A program made the translations under genes and the position numbers. Positions 9,919 through 19,053 of a DNA stretch of 64,000 nt are shown here, piece after piece. Position 1 is the first letter of the stretch; each line of letters begins with the position of its first letter. This stretch comes from Candidatus Daviesbacteria bacterium (lineage in GTDB: Bacteria; Patescibacteriota; Microgenomatia; Daviesbacterales; UBA10151), in assembly GCA_030699125.1 (NCBI GenBank), contig JAUYKM010000012.1:11159-75158 (forward strand), given 5' to 3'. The notes under the pieces are model-generated. The model did not search any database. It saw only the letters and a program-made list of their open reading frames with translations, and was not told where the DNA came from.

Positions 9919-10129
9919 TTTATGTTAGTTACGGTGTTGCCAAATGTTGTCCATACTGCAATTTCTTGATTAATAACCATCTTTCTCGCAACTCTCCGAT
10001 AAAACTAGCGTTCTGAAAAACCTCTAAGATCTTGGGGAAATCCTTCAGTATGAGGTGTCTAGGCTTGGGGAGCCAATCGGCACTTAATATACCCAAAATG
10101 AGCCTCTTAATAAATCATGCATTCACTAT

Positions 10130-10149
10130 TCGTATCATTTATGATACGA
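10130..10149. promoter_or_regulatory. Perfect 9-bp inverted repeat TCGTATCAT-TT-ATGATACGA. A third half-site ATGATACGA lies at ~10163. Putative operator.
   Basis: The palindrome overlaps the start region of the HTH-Fic gene. Confidence 0.4.
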
Positions 10150-10158
10150 TTAATAAAT

Positions 10159-11205
10159 ATGAATGATACGAACCTTAATGTCCGCCAAAAACAGATCTTG
10201 TCAATCTTAAAACAGCAAAGTAGTGTTGCCCGCCAAGGATTAGCACAGCAAATATCTGCTAAAAAAGGAATTTCGAGAATAACAATTATTAGAGATTTAA
10301 ACGATTTAATCAACGATAAACTGGTCAAAGTAGAAGGAAAAGGGAAAAATACTAGATATAGTTTGCTTGAAACCAATCCTTTGTTAAACTATCTTGATCT
10401 TGACGGTTATTTTTTTGAAGAAGACAGGATAATTAAAAAAAAATTTGATATTTCCGTCTTTAATCACTTAAACAACTTATATTCTCCGGGTGAAATTAGA
10501 TTGTGGGAAAAGAGCAAGAAAGTTTTTAAAGAGGCTCAAGAAAAACTAGATCCATCAATCTATAAAAGGGAACTCGAAAGATTTGTTATTGAACTATCTT
10601 GGAAATCATCACAAATTGAGGGAAACACTTACAGCTTAATCGAAACGGAAACCTTGATTAAGCAGAATATTAAAGCGAGGGGGCATTCTAACGAAGAAGC
10701 TGTGATGATTTTAAATCACAGAGATGCATTTAATTCGATTATTAAGAATAAAGAGGATTTTAAGAAAATAGATTTTTCTGATGTTGTTCAGTTACACAAC
10801 ATTCTTACAAAAGGACTTATTACATCTGGGGTAAGATCGCAAAAAGTGAGAATTTCTGGAACACAATATGAGCCCTTATCAGACAAACATGAGCTTGAAA
10901 AGATATTAAGACAATTAATCGGACATGTGAATAAAACCGAATATCCACCGGAAAAAGCATTAATACTTGCGATAATGATTGCTTATCTTCAACCATTTGC
11001 TGATGGGAATAAGAGGACTTCGCGTATGCTTTCAAACGCTGTCCTCGTGGCTTTCGATTTCCCCCCTTTGTCTTATCGAAATATTAATGTTAATGAATAT
11101 AGAAGCGTAATGATTATTTTTTATGAAACTAACAATTTGTTTAATTTCAAACGACTTTATTTGAAACAGCTGCAGTATGTAATTGAAAATTATTTTCAAT
11201 TTTAG
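10159..11205 (+). CDS. Fic/Doc-family protein with an N-terminal winged-HTH and a degenerate Fic motif (QPFADGNKRTSR instead of HPFx[DE]GNGRxxR).
   Basis: The track starts it at 10117. An in-frame ATG at 10159 (MNDTNLNV...) lies after the operator palindrome. The motif codons caa-cca-ttt-gct-gat-ggg-aat-aag-agg were read directly. Confidence 0.7.
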   Translation: MNDTNLNVRQKQILSILKQQSSVARQGLAQQISAKKGISRITIIRDLNDLINDKLVKVEGKGKNTRYSLLETNPLLNYLDLDGYFFEEDRIIKKKFDISVFNHLNNLYSPGEIRLWEKSKKVFKEAQEKLDPSIYKRELERFVIELSWKSSQIEGNTYSLIETETLIKQNIKARGHSNEEAVMILNHRDAFNSIIKNKEDFKKIDFSDVVQLHNILTKGLITSGVRSQKVRISGTQYEPLSDKHELEKILRQLIGHVNKTEYPPEKALILAIMIAYLQPFADGNKRTSRMLSNAVLVAFDFPPLSYRNINVNEYRSVMIIFYETNNLFNFKRLYLKQLQYVIENYFQF

Positions 11206-11286
11206 ATAATTTAATCGCAAACTTTGTTTATATTAGAGTTACGATTCTCGAGCCAAGTAGATTTTAGATTGTTAGAACAAGCTAAT

Positions 11287-11673
11287 TTAAACCCATTTAT
11301 TAAGTATTCCAGGTTCTGCTTTTACTGAAAATATTTTAAATGTATGTGACCTGATTTCTCCTTTATATTTCTCACCGATTGCTTGAGTATGAGCTATTTC
11401 TTTTAATTTGACTTTATCTACTCCTAATTCTTCTTGAAGTTCTCTTTTTGCAGCCTGAAGATAGCTTTCACCTGGATCGACATGTCCGGCAGAGGAGTGA
11501 TCTAACCTACCGTCATCCCTTAGTTGAATTAATATTTGTCCTTTATCATTAGTCAAAAAAACTACAGCAGTCCTGTGAATTAGTCCTTTTTGGTGAGCCT
11601 CGGCTCTTGTTACCTCCCCTAAAACATTATCTTGATCATCAACCCAAATAACCTTATCCTCTGAAGTTTTCAT
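11287..11673 (-). CDS. NUDIX hydrolase.
   Basis: Nudix box GHVDPGESYLQAAKRELQEELG. Confidence 0.8.
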   Translation of the reverse strand: MKTSEDKVIWVDDQDNVLGEVTRAEAHQKGLIHRTAVVFLTNDKGQILIQLRDDGRLDHSSAGHVDPGESYLQAAKRELQEELGVDKVKLKEIAHTQAIGEKYKGEIRSHTFKIFSVKAEPGILNKWV

Positions 11674-11747
11674 AGTGGCATTATAATATATAAAGGAGTA
11701 AAGTTTCAGGTTCTTCGATTTATCGGAAGTTCTGATATAATCCCTTC

Positions 11748-12356
11748 ATGAAATTACTTTTGACTTCTGCTGGTTTAACCAATAAATCAATCACAAACGC
11801 TCTTAAACAATTAGCAGATAAGCCGTTTGAAGATTTAAATGCAGTATTTATTCCAACAGCAGCATACCCAGAGGTAAATTTACAGTGGCTAGAAGAAGAT
11901 ATAAAAAGAATTCAAAAAGCAGATGTTATTTTTGTAGGCGGAGGTAATACTTTTTATTTAAGCTATTGGATGCAAAAGAGTGGACTTTCTGATCTTTTAC
12001 CAGAATTATTAAAAACCAGAATATATGTTGGTATTAGTGCAGGAAGTATGATTGTAACAAATAATTTAAGAGTTTCTTCCCAAGCATTGGAAAAATTTCA
12101 TCAATTATCTGATGAAGAATATGAGGAGTTAGGACCTAAGGGTAAGTCTTTATCTAAAACAGCCAAACTTGTTGATTTTGTAATTAGGCCACATCTTAAC
12201 TCTCCCCAATTTTCAAAAATAAGATTGAATTTTTTATCAAAGATCGCGAAAAATTTATCAGAAACTATGTATGCAATTGATGATCAGAGCGCAGTTTTGG
12301 TAAATGATAAAAAAATTGAGATAATTTCAGAAGGTAAGTGGAAGAAATTTAATTAA
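11748..12356 (+). CDS. Peptidase E-like (S51 family) dipeptidase.
   Basis: 202 aa. MKLLLTSAG...VGISAGSMI pattern typical of PepE/S51. Confidence 0.65.
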   Translation: MKLLLTSAGLTNKSITNALKQLADKPFEDLNAVFIPTAAYPEVNLQWLEEDIKRIQKADVIFVGGGNTFYLSYWMQKSGLSDLLPELLKTRIYVGISAGSMIVTNNLRVSSQALEKFHQLSDEEYEELGPKGKSLSKTAKLVDFVIRPHLNSPQFSKIRLNFLSKIAKNLSETMYAIDDQSAVLVNDKKIEIISEGKWKKFN

Positions 12357-12421
12357 AAGTTCTTAAGTATGTTCAATAAGGGGAGCATACAAACTTTACT
12401 CTAACCTCTGGTATAATCCAC

Positions 12422-13726
12422 TTGATAGTTTCTATGGAAATAATAGTTATACTGCTGCTTATTCTTTTAAATGGTATACTTGCCATGGTGGAGATTGCAG
12501 TTGTCTCTGCCAGAAAATCAAGGCTACAACATCTGGCTCAGGAGGGTAATAAAAACGCCCAAGCTGTATTAGAGCTTAAAGATTCTCCTAATAGATTTTT
12601 ATCAACAGTTCAAATAGGCATAACTCTTATTGGAATACTTGCTGGTGCATTTGGAGGGGCAACAATTGCAGAGAATTTAGCTTCATATTTTGAAACCATA
12701 CCATCTATTGCTCCCTATAGTGAAGCAATTGGCATTGCCATTGTGGTTGCTGCGATCACTTATCTCTCTTTAATTATTGGAGAACTAGTACCAAAACGTT
12801 TAGGACTTAGTAATCCTGAACTTATCGCCTCTTTTGCTGCCCGTCCCATGCGCGCACTTTCAAAAATAAGTGCACCACTAGTGTATCTTTTAAGCCTCTC
12901 CACAGATTTTATTCTACAAGTGTTTCAGATAAAGCCAAAAGAAGAAGCAGTCAGTGTGGAAGAAATAAGGATGCTTATTCGGGAAGGGGCAAGGGTGGGT
13001 GTTTTTGGGACGGTAGAAAAAGATATTGTTGAACGCACCCTTCAGTTAGGGGACAAGAAAGTGAATACGCTTATGATCCCTCGGAAGGAAATTGTCTGGC
13101 TTGATATAGACTCCTCATTCAAAGCCATACGTTCAAGAGTTGCCAAACATCCCCATTCTCATTTTCCGGTATGCCGAGGTAGTCTTGATAAAGTTCTTGG
13201 GGTGGTGATGACTGAAGATATACTGGCAAATTTCTTAATAGAAGAAAAAATTGATTTGAAAAAATTTCTTCATAAGCCGCTTTTTGTACCAGAGACAACA
13301 GATGGGTTGAAAGTCTTAGAATTATTTAAAAAATCCGGTATTCACATGGCTTTAGTTGTTGATGAATATGGTAATGTTCAAGGTCTTATTTCCATGACTG
13401 ATATTCTGGAAGCAATAGTGGGAGATATACCAACAATTGATGAATTGGAAGAGCAGGAGATCGTTAAGAGGGGTGATGGTTCCTTCTTAGTGGATGGTCT
13501 TGTGCCGATTGATGAATTGAAAGAATATTTCCATATCAGCAGACTTCCCGGAGAAAAGTCTGGGAATTACCATACTGTTGGTGGTTTTGTGATGTATAAA
13601 CTTGGCCATATTCCTATTGCTGGTGATAGCTTTGAATTGGAATCATTAAAACTTGAAGTTTTAGATATGGATGGCAACAGAGTTGATAAAATTTTAATTA
13701 TTCCATCAAAGAAACATTTAGCATAA
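12422..13726 (+). CDS. HlyC/CorC (CNNM) family transporter: DUF21 TM domain, CBS pair, CorC_HlyC.
   Basis: 434 aa. N-terminal multi-TM region, central CBS region, C-terminal transporter-associated domain. Confidence 0.8.
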   Translation: MIVSMEIIVILLLILLNGILAMVEIAVVSARKSRLQHLAQEGNKNAQAVLELKDSPNRFLSTVQIGITLIGILAGAFGGATIAENLASYFETIPSIAPYSEAIGIAIVVAAITYLSLIIGELVPKRLGLSNPELIASFAARPMRALSKISAPLVYLLSLSTDFILQVFQIKPKEEAVSVEEIRMLIREGARVGVFGTVEKDIVERTLQLGDKKVNTLMIPRKEIVWLDIDSSFKAIRSRVAKHPHSHFPVCRGSLDKVLGVVMTEDILANFLIEEKIDLKKFLHKPLFVPETTDGLKVLELFKKSGIHMALVVDEYGNVQGLISMTDILEAIVGDIPTIDELEEQEIVKRGDGSFLVDGLVPIDELKEYFHISRLPGEKSGNYHTVGGFVMYKLGHIPIAGDSFELESLKLEVLDMDGNRVDKILIIPSKKHLA

Positions 13727-13801
13727 ATTTCCCTTTTGGAAGGTAATTAAAAGTCCTTAAGTGTGTCCAATAAGGCGAGTTAAAGTTGAGGATATGTACA
13801 T

Positions 13802-14449
13802 TTAAACCACCAAATAATTAGAAAAGTTCCAGATTGCGTGGGCAGTTATGGAAACAAAAATGGATTTTCTGCGGGCAAAGACAAAGGCAAACAGCATACT
13901 CATAAGCAGAGCCTGAGTAAAGTAAAAGGATAGATTACCACTAAACTGCAGGAGAAATACTGAGAGAGGCAGGTGAGCAATCGCAGAAAGCATACTACTT
14001 ATTATATTGGCGGAAGCCTCGCTTTGCCCGCTTAAGTAAATTCTTTGGAAAAAATATCCGCGGAATATAGTCTCTTCCAAAAACCCCACCACAGTAGCTG
14101 TTACTGCCGCCACAACAAATCCTGCATAAGTTAAATTCAGAGGATTTATTGTTAAGTCTCCACTGACAAAATCTTTGGCTATGATCCTTATTATAATAAG
14201 GGCTAAGCCGAGGCCAATACCTAAAAATATATTAGTCCATAAATTCTTTTGGGAAAATCCTAAAGATACCCAACCCTTTTTCTCCAGAATAAATACTGTA
14301 TATATAATGGGGGCAAATTTTAAAACAGGTTTGAATATCATCTCATCTACCCAGGTAGGAAATTGTTCAAAAAAACGATAGATAGCCCACAAAATAAAGG
14401 TGAGGAGATAGAGAAAGATCCACCTAAAGTGAGAATTTTTAAAAGACAT
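13802..14449 (-). CDS. CPBP-family intramembrane metalloprotease (CAAX protease/Abi, PF02517).
   Basis: EETIFRGYFF (EExxxR) and FxxxH motifs. Multi-TM. Confidence 0.75.
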   Translation of the reverse strand: MSFKNSHFRWIFLYLLTFILWAIYRFFEQFPTWVDEMIFKPVLKFAPIIYTVFILEKKGWVSLGFSQKNLWTNIFLGIGLGLALIIIRIIAKDFVSGDLTINPLNLTYAGFVVAAVTATVVGFLEETIFRGYFFQRIYLSGQSEASANIISSMLSAIAHLPLSVFLLQFSGNLSFYFTQALLMSMLFAFVFARRKSIFVSITAHAIWNFSNYLVV

Positions 14450-14547
14450 ACTCTAAAGTATATCAGCAGATGATTTTTAGGTTTAGAGTAATTAGGTTCT
14501 CTTGCATTAAGATAAAGAAAAATGATAGGATTAAAATTAATAACCTG

Positions 14548-14570
14548 CCTGCCTTTTGGGCAGGTTTTTT
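14548..14570 (+). terminator. Hairpin CCTGCC-TTTTG-GGCAGG plus a T6 run, about 20 nt upstream of the SD/ATG of the 14592 gene.
   Basis: A terminator-like element in a divergent promoter region. It could be an attenuator or a bidirectional terminator. Confidence 0.3.
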
Positions 14571-14591
14571 ATTGAAGGAGGTGATTAAATT

Positions 14592-15032
14592 ATGCCAGCT
14601 TTTTTATTAGCTTTAATAACTTTGGTAACTAGTTTTTTTCAAGAAGGCAAACCAACAACCCTACCTCCATATACTCCAGAGGAGGTAATAGTTAGAGGAG
14701 AGGTGATTTCTGAAGAGGCGCAGAATCTTGCTCCAGAGAGCTCACAGACTGAAGTTCAATCTGAAGATGAAATCCAAGATGCAAATACTGTGTCTATAGA
14801 TACTACTCAAGTAGCATCATATAATACTAAATCAGGTCAAGAAATGCCTACTCCGGTTCCACAAGTTGCAATTGATAATTCAGTGGCACTTGAGGCAGTA
14901 GTAAATGAGGATCTTGAGGTAGAAGAACAGACAATTGAGGAGCAAGTTGAGGTAACTACTGAACCTAATGATGGATTAGTTTTTGGTCAAACAACAGCTC
15001 AGTCTGCCCAAAATAATAGTCATAGGCCTTAA
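14592..15032 (+). CDS. Hypothetical membrane-anchored or secreted acidic protein.
   Basis: N-terminal hydrophobic segment followed by a Glu/Gln/Thr-rich low-complexity region. Confidence 0.5.
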   Translation: MPAFLLALITLVTSFFQEGKPTTLPPYTPEEVIVRGEVISEEAQNLAPESSQTEVQSEDEIQDANTVSIDTTQVASYNTKSGQEMPTPVPQVAIDNSVALEAVVNEDLEVEEQTIEEQVEVTTEPNDGLVFGQTTAQSAQNNSHRP

Positions 15033-15063
15033 TCCTAAAAGAGAATTAGGTCTAGAAATTTAA

Positions 15064-15099
15064 ACAAGAAACGGGCTCATCCCGTTTCTTGTTTTATTT
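15064..15099 (+). terminator. Rho-independent terminator.
   Basis: Perfect 12-bp stem ACAAGAAACGGG / CCCGTTTCTTGT with a CTCAT loop and a TTTTATTT tail. Confidence 0.7.
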
Positions 15100-15128
15100 A
15101 ATAAATTCTGTTAAACTACTCATTCAGT

Positions 15129-15356
15129 ATGAACAATCCTTGTATTAGGTGTGGTAAACAAAGAATAGAATCTAAATCCTGGGAGGAAAAAATGGGCGCC
15201 TCAGTCATCACCTACAGTTTGACAGTTTGCCCGGATCGGGATTGTCAAAAGATTGTTGATGAGGAGATTGCTGAAAGAAAAGAAAAAGCAGACCTTATTT
15301 TAAGAAAAAAAGAAGAAGCAAAATTGGCCCGGGAAAAACTGATTGCGACCAATTGA
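15129..15356 (+). CDS. Small Cys-containing (zinc-ribbon-like) protein, 75 aa.
   Basis: CIRCGK...CPDRDC arrangement. Lys/Glu-rich tail. Confidence 0.4.
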   Translation: MNNPCIRCGKQRIESKSWEEKMGASVITYSLTVCPDRDCQKIVDEEIAERKEKADLILRKKEEAKLAREKLIATN

Positions 15357-15395
15357 CTTATATTAAAGAAACTATATACTTATCTTAATAATAAA

Positions 15396-16688
15396 ATGAT
15401 CAGATTCTCTATTCCTTTAATCCCTTTTTCTTTTTTAGCTTTGCTAATCCTGACAGTTGTTATGGGAAGCAGAGTATTGGCAGTTTCAGAACAAACCCCT
15501 AACCTTCCCCAAGTTTTCTATATTCATTCAGATAATCCGGCCTTAAAAGTTCTCTTAGGAGTGGATCATCAATTTGAGGGAGTTTTCTCCACTGAATTGA
15601 CTGGATATGAATTGGGGATGTTAAGCTCAATGGGGGTGAGAGTGGAACAGGTTCAAATCAGAAAGATCGCTGCACCTAAACAAGATAAATGCGGAGATGG
15701 AGTTTGTCAGGGTTTTGAGAATGCAAGTAGCTGTTCTCAGGATTGTTCAGGGGTACCAACGCCCACCCCTTCATCCAGTCCTACCCCCACCCCAACTCCA
15801 GACCCATCATCCAGGTCTTGTGTGCCTGATAATCAAATCCCCTATGGAATTAATATGGTCAACGGTGGAGTGGGAGTGGGTAGCTCAAGTCCCACAGGTT
15901 CAGGAATAACAGTGGCAGTTTTGGATACCGGAGTCAAACAAGATCACCCGGATTTAGCAAATAGGATTGTCTCTTGTACAACTGAGGTCACACATCACAA
16001 TGCTGATAGTCAAAATTGTGAGGATGCTCACGGTCACGGTACTCATACTTCCGGTACTGTTTTGGCTGATGGAGGATTAGACGGATTGGGTATTTATGGA
16101 GTAGCCCCGGGGGCCTCTCTTATGGCAGTAAAGGTATGTGATAGAAGAGGTTGGTGTTTTGGGGATGATGTGGCAGCAGGCATCAGGTATGCCGCTGATA
16201 ATGGCGCCAATATTATTAGCATGAGTATAGGAGGAGATAGTGCTGATGCTCAGGAGCTTTCCGCCATAGATTATGCTACCTCCAGAGGGGTATTGGTGGT
16301 GGCAGCTGCCGGCAACGATGGCCCCGCTAACGGATCGATTGATTATCCCGGAGCTTATGTAAAGGTGGCGGCAGCAGGAGCCATTAATTCATCTAAAAAC
16401 GTACCGTCTTGGTCATCCCGGGGGATTAATGATGGGGATGGTGTAGTGGAGGAGAGGGAAGTAGAGTTTGCAACTCCCGGAGTATCTGTGGAATCAACTA
16501 ATAAAAATGGCTGTTATGAATATATGTCAGGTACATCTATGTCTACACCTCATGTGTCAGGTTTGGCAGCCAAGCTCTGGCAGGGTTCTGCCAGTGCCAC
16601 CAGAACATATTTGCAAAATCACTCGGCGGATATCTGGACTGTGGGAGATGACAGCGCCACCGGTTTTGGTCTGCCCGTAGCTCCATAA
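15396..16688 (+). CDS. Secreted subtilisin-like serine protease (S8).
   Basis: Signal peptide. Pro/Thr/Ser linker. Catalytic triad motifs VAVLDTGV, HGTHTSGT and GTSMSTPHVSG. Confidence 0.85.
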   Translation: MIRFSIPLIPFSFLALLILTVVMGSRVLAVSEQTPNLPQVFYIHSDNPALKVLLGVDHQFEGVFSTELTGYELGMLSSMGVRVEQVQIRKIAAPKQDKCGDGVCQGFENASSCSQDCSGVPTPTPSSSPTPTPTPDPSSRSCVPDNQIPYGINMVNGGVGVGSSSPTGSGITVAVLDTGVKQDHPDLANRIVSCTTEVTHHNADSQNCEDAHGHGTHTSGTVLADGGLDGLGIYGVAPGASLMAVKVCDRRGWCFGDDVAAGIRYAADNGANIISMSIGGDSADAQELSAIDYATSRGVLVVAAAGNDGPANGSIDYPGAYVKVAAAGAINSSKNVPSWSSRGINDGDGVVEEREVEFATPGVSVESTNKNGCYEYMSGTSMSTPHVSGLAAKLWQGSASATRTYLQNHSADIWTVGDDSATGFGLPVAP

Positions 16689-16706
16689 ACTGGTATTTGT
16701 TTTCCT

Positions 16707-17144
16707 TTGTTTGTTTTTGATAAAATTCCCTTTATGAAAAGTTTTACCCAAACCTACACCATTAATGCTCCTTTAGAAAAAGTCTGGAAAGCCTTAATAG
16801 ATCCAGAAGAGATTGATCTTTGGGGAGCAGGGCCGGCAGTAATGGATGATCAGGAGGGAACCGAATTTAAGTTATGGGATGGGGATATTTATGGCAAAAA
16901 TATTGAGGTTGTCAAAAATGCTCGCCTCGCTGAGTCGGCGAAGCGGGCTCGCTTGGTCCAGGAATGGTCTGAGGATGGTTGGGATGCGCCTTCCAAAGTT
17001 ACTTTTGAATTGTCCCAAAAGGATGGTAAAACTATTGTCAATTTAACTCATGAAAATGTCCCTGATTCAGAGGCTAAAGAGATAGAGGATGGCTGGAAAA
17101 GGCATTATCTGGGTCCTCTCAAAAAATATGTAGAGTTGACATAA
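16707..17144 (+). CDS. SRPBCC/AHSA1-like domain protein.
   Basis: ~140 aa with a START/Bet v1-like pattern. The real start is possibly the internal Met at ~16734. Confidence 0.55.
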   Translation: MFVFDKIPFMKSFTQTYTINAPLEKVWKALIDPEEIDLWGAGPAVMDDQEGTEFKLWDGDIYGKNIEVVKNARLAESAKRARLVQEWSEDGWDAPSKVTFELSQKDGKTIVNLTHENVPDSEAKEIEDGWKRHYLGPLKKYVELT

Positions 17145-17159
17145 GACTCTTTTTTTGTT

Positions 17160-17732
17160 ATGTTGATATTGATGTCTTCAATTGTTGATAATTTAAAAAA
17201 TGCCCTATCCCAGGTTGTTTCGGGTGCCGGTGATGTGGTAGGAACCACCCGTGATGTAGCCAAAAAAACCGTAGTGGAGACCCTGCAGGCAGGTGGTGAT
17301 GTAGCCTCTCAAGCTGTCTCTACAGCAGGATCTATAGTTTCGGAGGGAGTATCTGCCGCCTCTCAAGCCGGAGTGTCCACCACACAAGCTGTCACCGGTT
17401 TGGTCACCGGAGTAATTGAAGGAGTTAAAGAGGTGGGAGGAGATGTTAGCTCAACAGCCACTGAGGCAGCCAGCGGTGCTGTTAAAGCTACTTCCCAAAT
17501 AGGTGGAGATGTGGGTGAGGCAGCAGTTTCAGCTGTCAGTGGAGCTATTAATGCAGCAGGCGATATTGGAGCAGATTCAACTGAACTGGCCAAAAATGCA
17601 GTGGTAGGTACCCTTAAAGCTGCTGATGAGATCGGTTCTGAAGCAAGTGGATTAGTAAGAAAAGCCCTACTTAATGCTGCAGCTTTGCCGCATGATGTAA
17701 TTGATGCGCTCCTTAGCGGTAAAACTGAATAA
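17160..17732 (+). CDS. Repetitive Ala/Gly/Val/Ser-rich protein with ~22-aa tandem repeats.
   Basis: Repeats of the type GGDV...A.S.A.....G are visible by eye. Antisense track ORFs are artefacts. Confidence 0.55.
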   Translation: MLILMSSIVDNLKNALSQVVSGAGDVVGTTRDVAKKTVVETLQAGGDVASQAVSTAGSIVSEGVSAASQAGVSTTQAVTGLVTGVIEGVKEVGGDVSSTATEAASGAVKATSQIGGDVGEAAVSAVSGAINAAGDIGADSTELAKNAVVGTLKAADEIGSEASGLVRKALLNAAALPHDVIDALLSGKTE

Positions 17733-18983
17733 ATTAACTAATTTCATCCTTCTTCTGACAACTTTTGTAATACCTCTAATTGGTCCGGTTAAAAATTTAG
17801 GTTTTGAACAAGCCAAAGTTTTCTTTTTTTTGATTTTTTTAACTTTAGCAGGTTTATTATGGCTTGTATATTCAATTAATCATCCAGTCAAAATAGAATG
17901 GGCTCCTATTAAAAAAGCAGCCGCTTTATTGATGGCTGTATTATTTCTAACTTCCCATCTGGGAATTGATCGGTGGAATTCTTTTTTGGGAACACAGCCA
18001 TACTTCCAGGGACTCATCTTATATGCCTATCTTTTCTTATTTTTCTTACTTATTTCTCAGTCAAAAATTAAATTTGAGTATTGGGCTTATGTTTTAGCAG
18101 GTTCATCTGCGATGGTGGGAATATTAGCCATAAAGGATTGGATTTTATTGAACATATTTCATGTTCAAATTCCCACTTATGCCGGCAGAGTAGTGTCTAC
18201 TTTTGGCCAGCCCAATTTTTATGCGGCATTCATATTGTTTAGCCTACCTTTTAGTTACTATTTGTTGGTTATAAACAAAGGTAGGAGATCTTGGGCTTTG
18301 CTGGCTATTTTGATGATTTCAATTTTGGCCATTATAATAAGCGGATCAAAAAGCGTATTTTTACTCCTAATTTTACTGGGATTAATCTGGTTAGGTCTTT
18401 ATTTTAAAAAAAAATATTTTTTTTGGGATTCCTCAGCTTTCATTTTACTCATCATTGCCATATTAATTTCAATTCAATTTGCATATTTTTATTTAGGAAA
18501 AGAATTATGGGGATTTAATTTATCTGATAATCCTATCGTAACGCATCAATCTGTGGAAAAAGACCCCTTATTTGGTTAGTTGTTGGAAAAATAATTGTTA
18601 ATCAGCCTATTACAGGTTATGGTCTAGAAAACATAAGTCTATCATATACAAATTATTTCCAGGATAATCAAGATTTAGTTTTTAAGGAAGGCTCAAAAAG
18701 TTATCCGGCTCTGTTGTCCTTAAGAGACCTTAGTATTAGTAGAACTCATAACTATTCTTTAGATTTGTTGCTTTTTTCAGGAATATTGGGACTAATTGGT
18801 TGGTTTTTGTTAACTTTCTTTATAATAAGGAAATTAATAACCTCTAAAATAAATTTGGAAAAAAGTATCTTAATGACAGGTTTGATAACATATCTTGTCT
18901 GGATCCAATTCCAAAACCAATCAATGGTACATCTACTCTATTTTTGGCTAATGGTAGGTTTGATTGATCAGAATTTAAAATAA
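17701..18983 (+). pseudogene. O-antigen ligase (Wzy_C/RfaL)-like membrane protein, frameshifted at an A5 run (18557-18561).
   Basis: The upstream frame ends at 18579. The alternative frame (open from 18519) reads KRPLIWLVVGKIIVNQPITGYGLENI...RTHNYSLDLLLFSGILGLIGW, which matches O-antigen ligase motifs. Inserting one A restores a single ~427-aa ORF. Confidence 0.55.
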
Positions 18984-19053
18984 ATTTCTTGAGGAAGGGG
19001 ATACAATTAATACAGGATTTATTTGCTCATAAAGTACCTGGTCTTTTTAATGC

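Noticed and set aside
10107-10376. Minus-strand ORF overlapping the fic start/operator
   Set aside because: Low-complexity product. Overlaps a strongly supported plus-strand gene and the palindromic operator.
18714-18983. Track ORF 18714..18983 as an independent 89-aa gene
   Set aside because: Its frame is open back to 18519 and encodes the missing C-terminal motifs of the O-antigen-ligase-like gene. Treated as the downstream half of a frameshifted gene.
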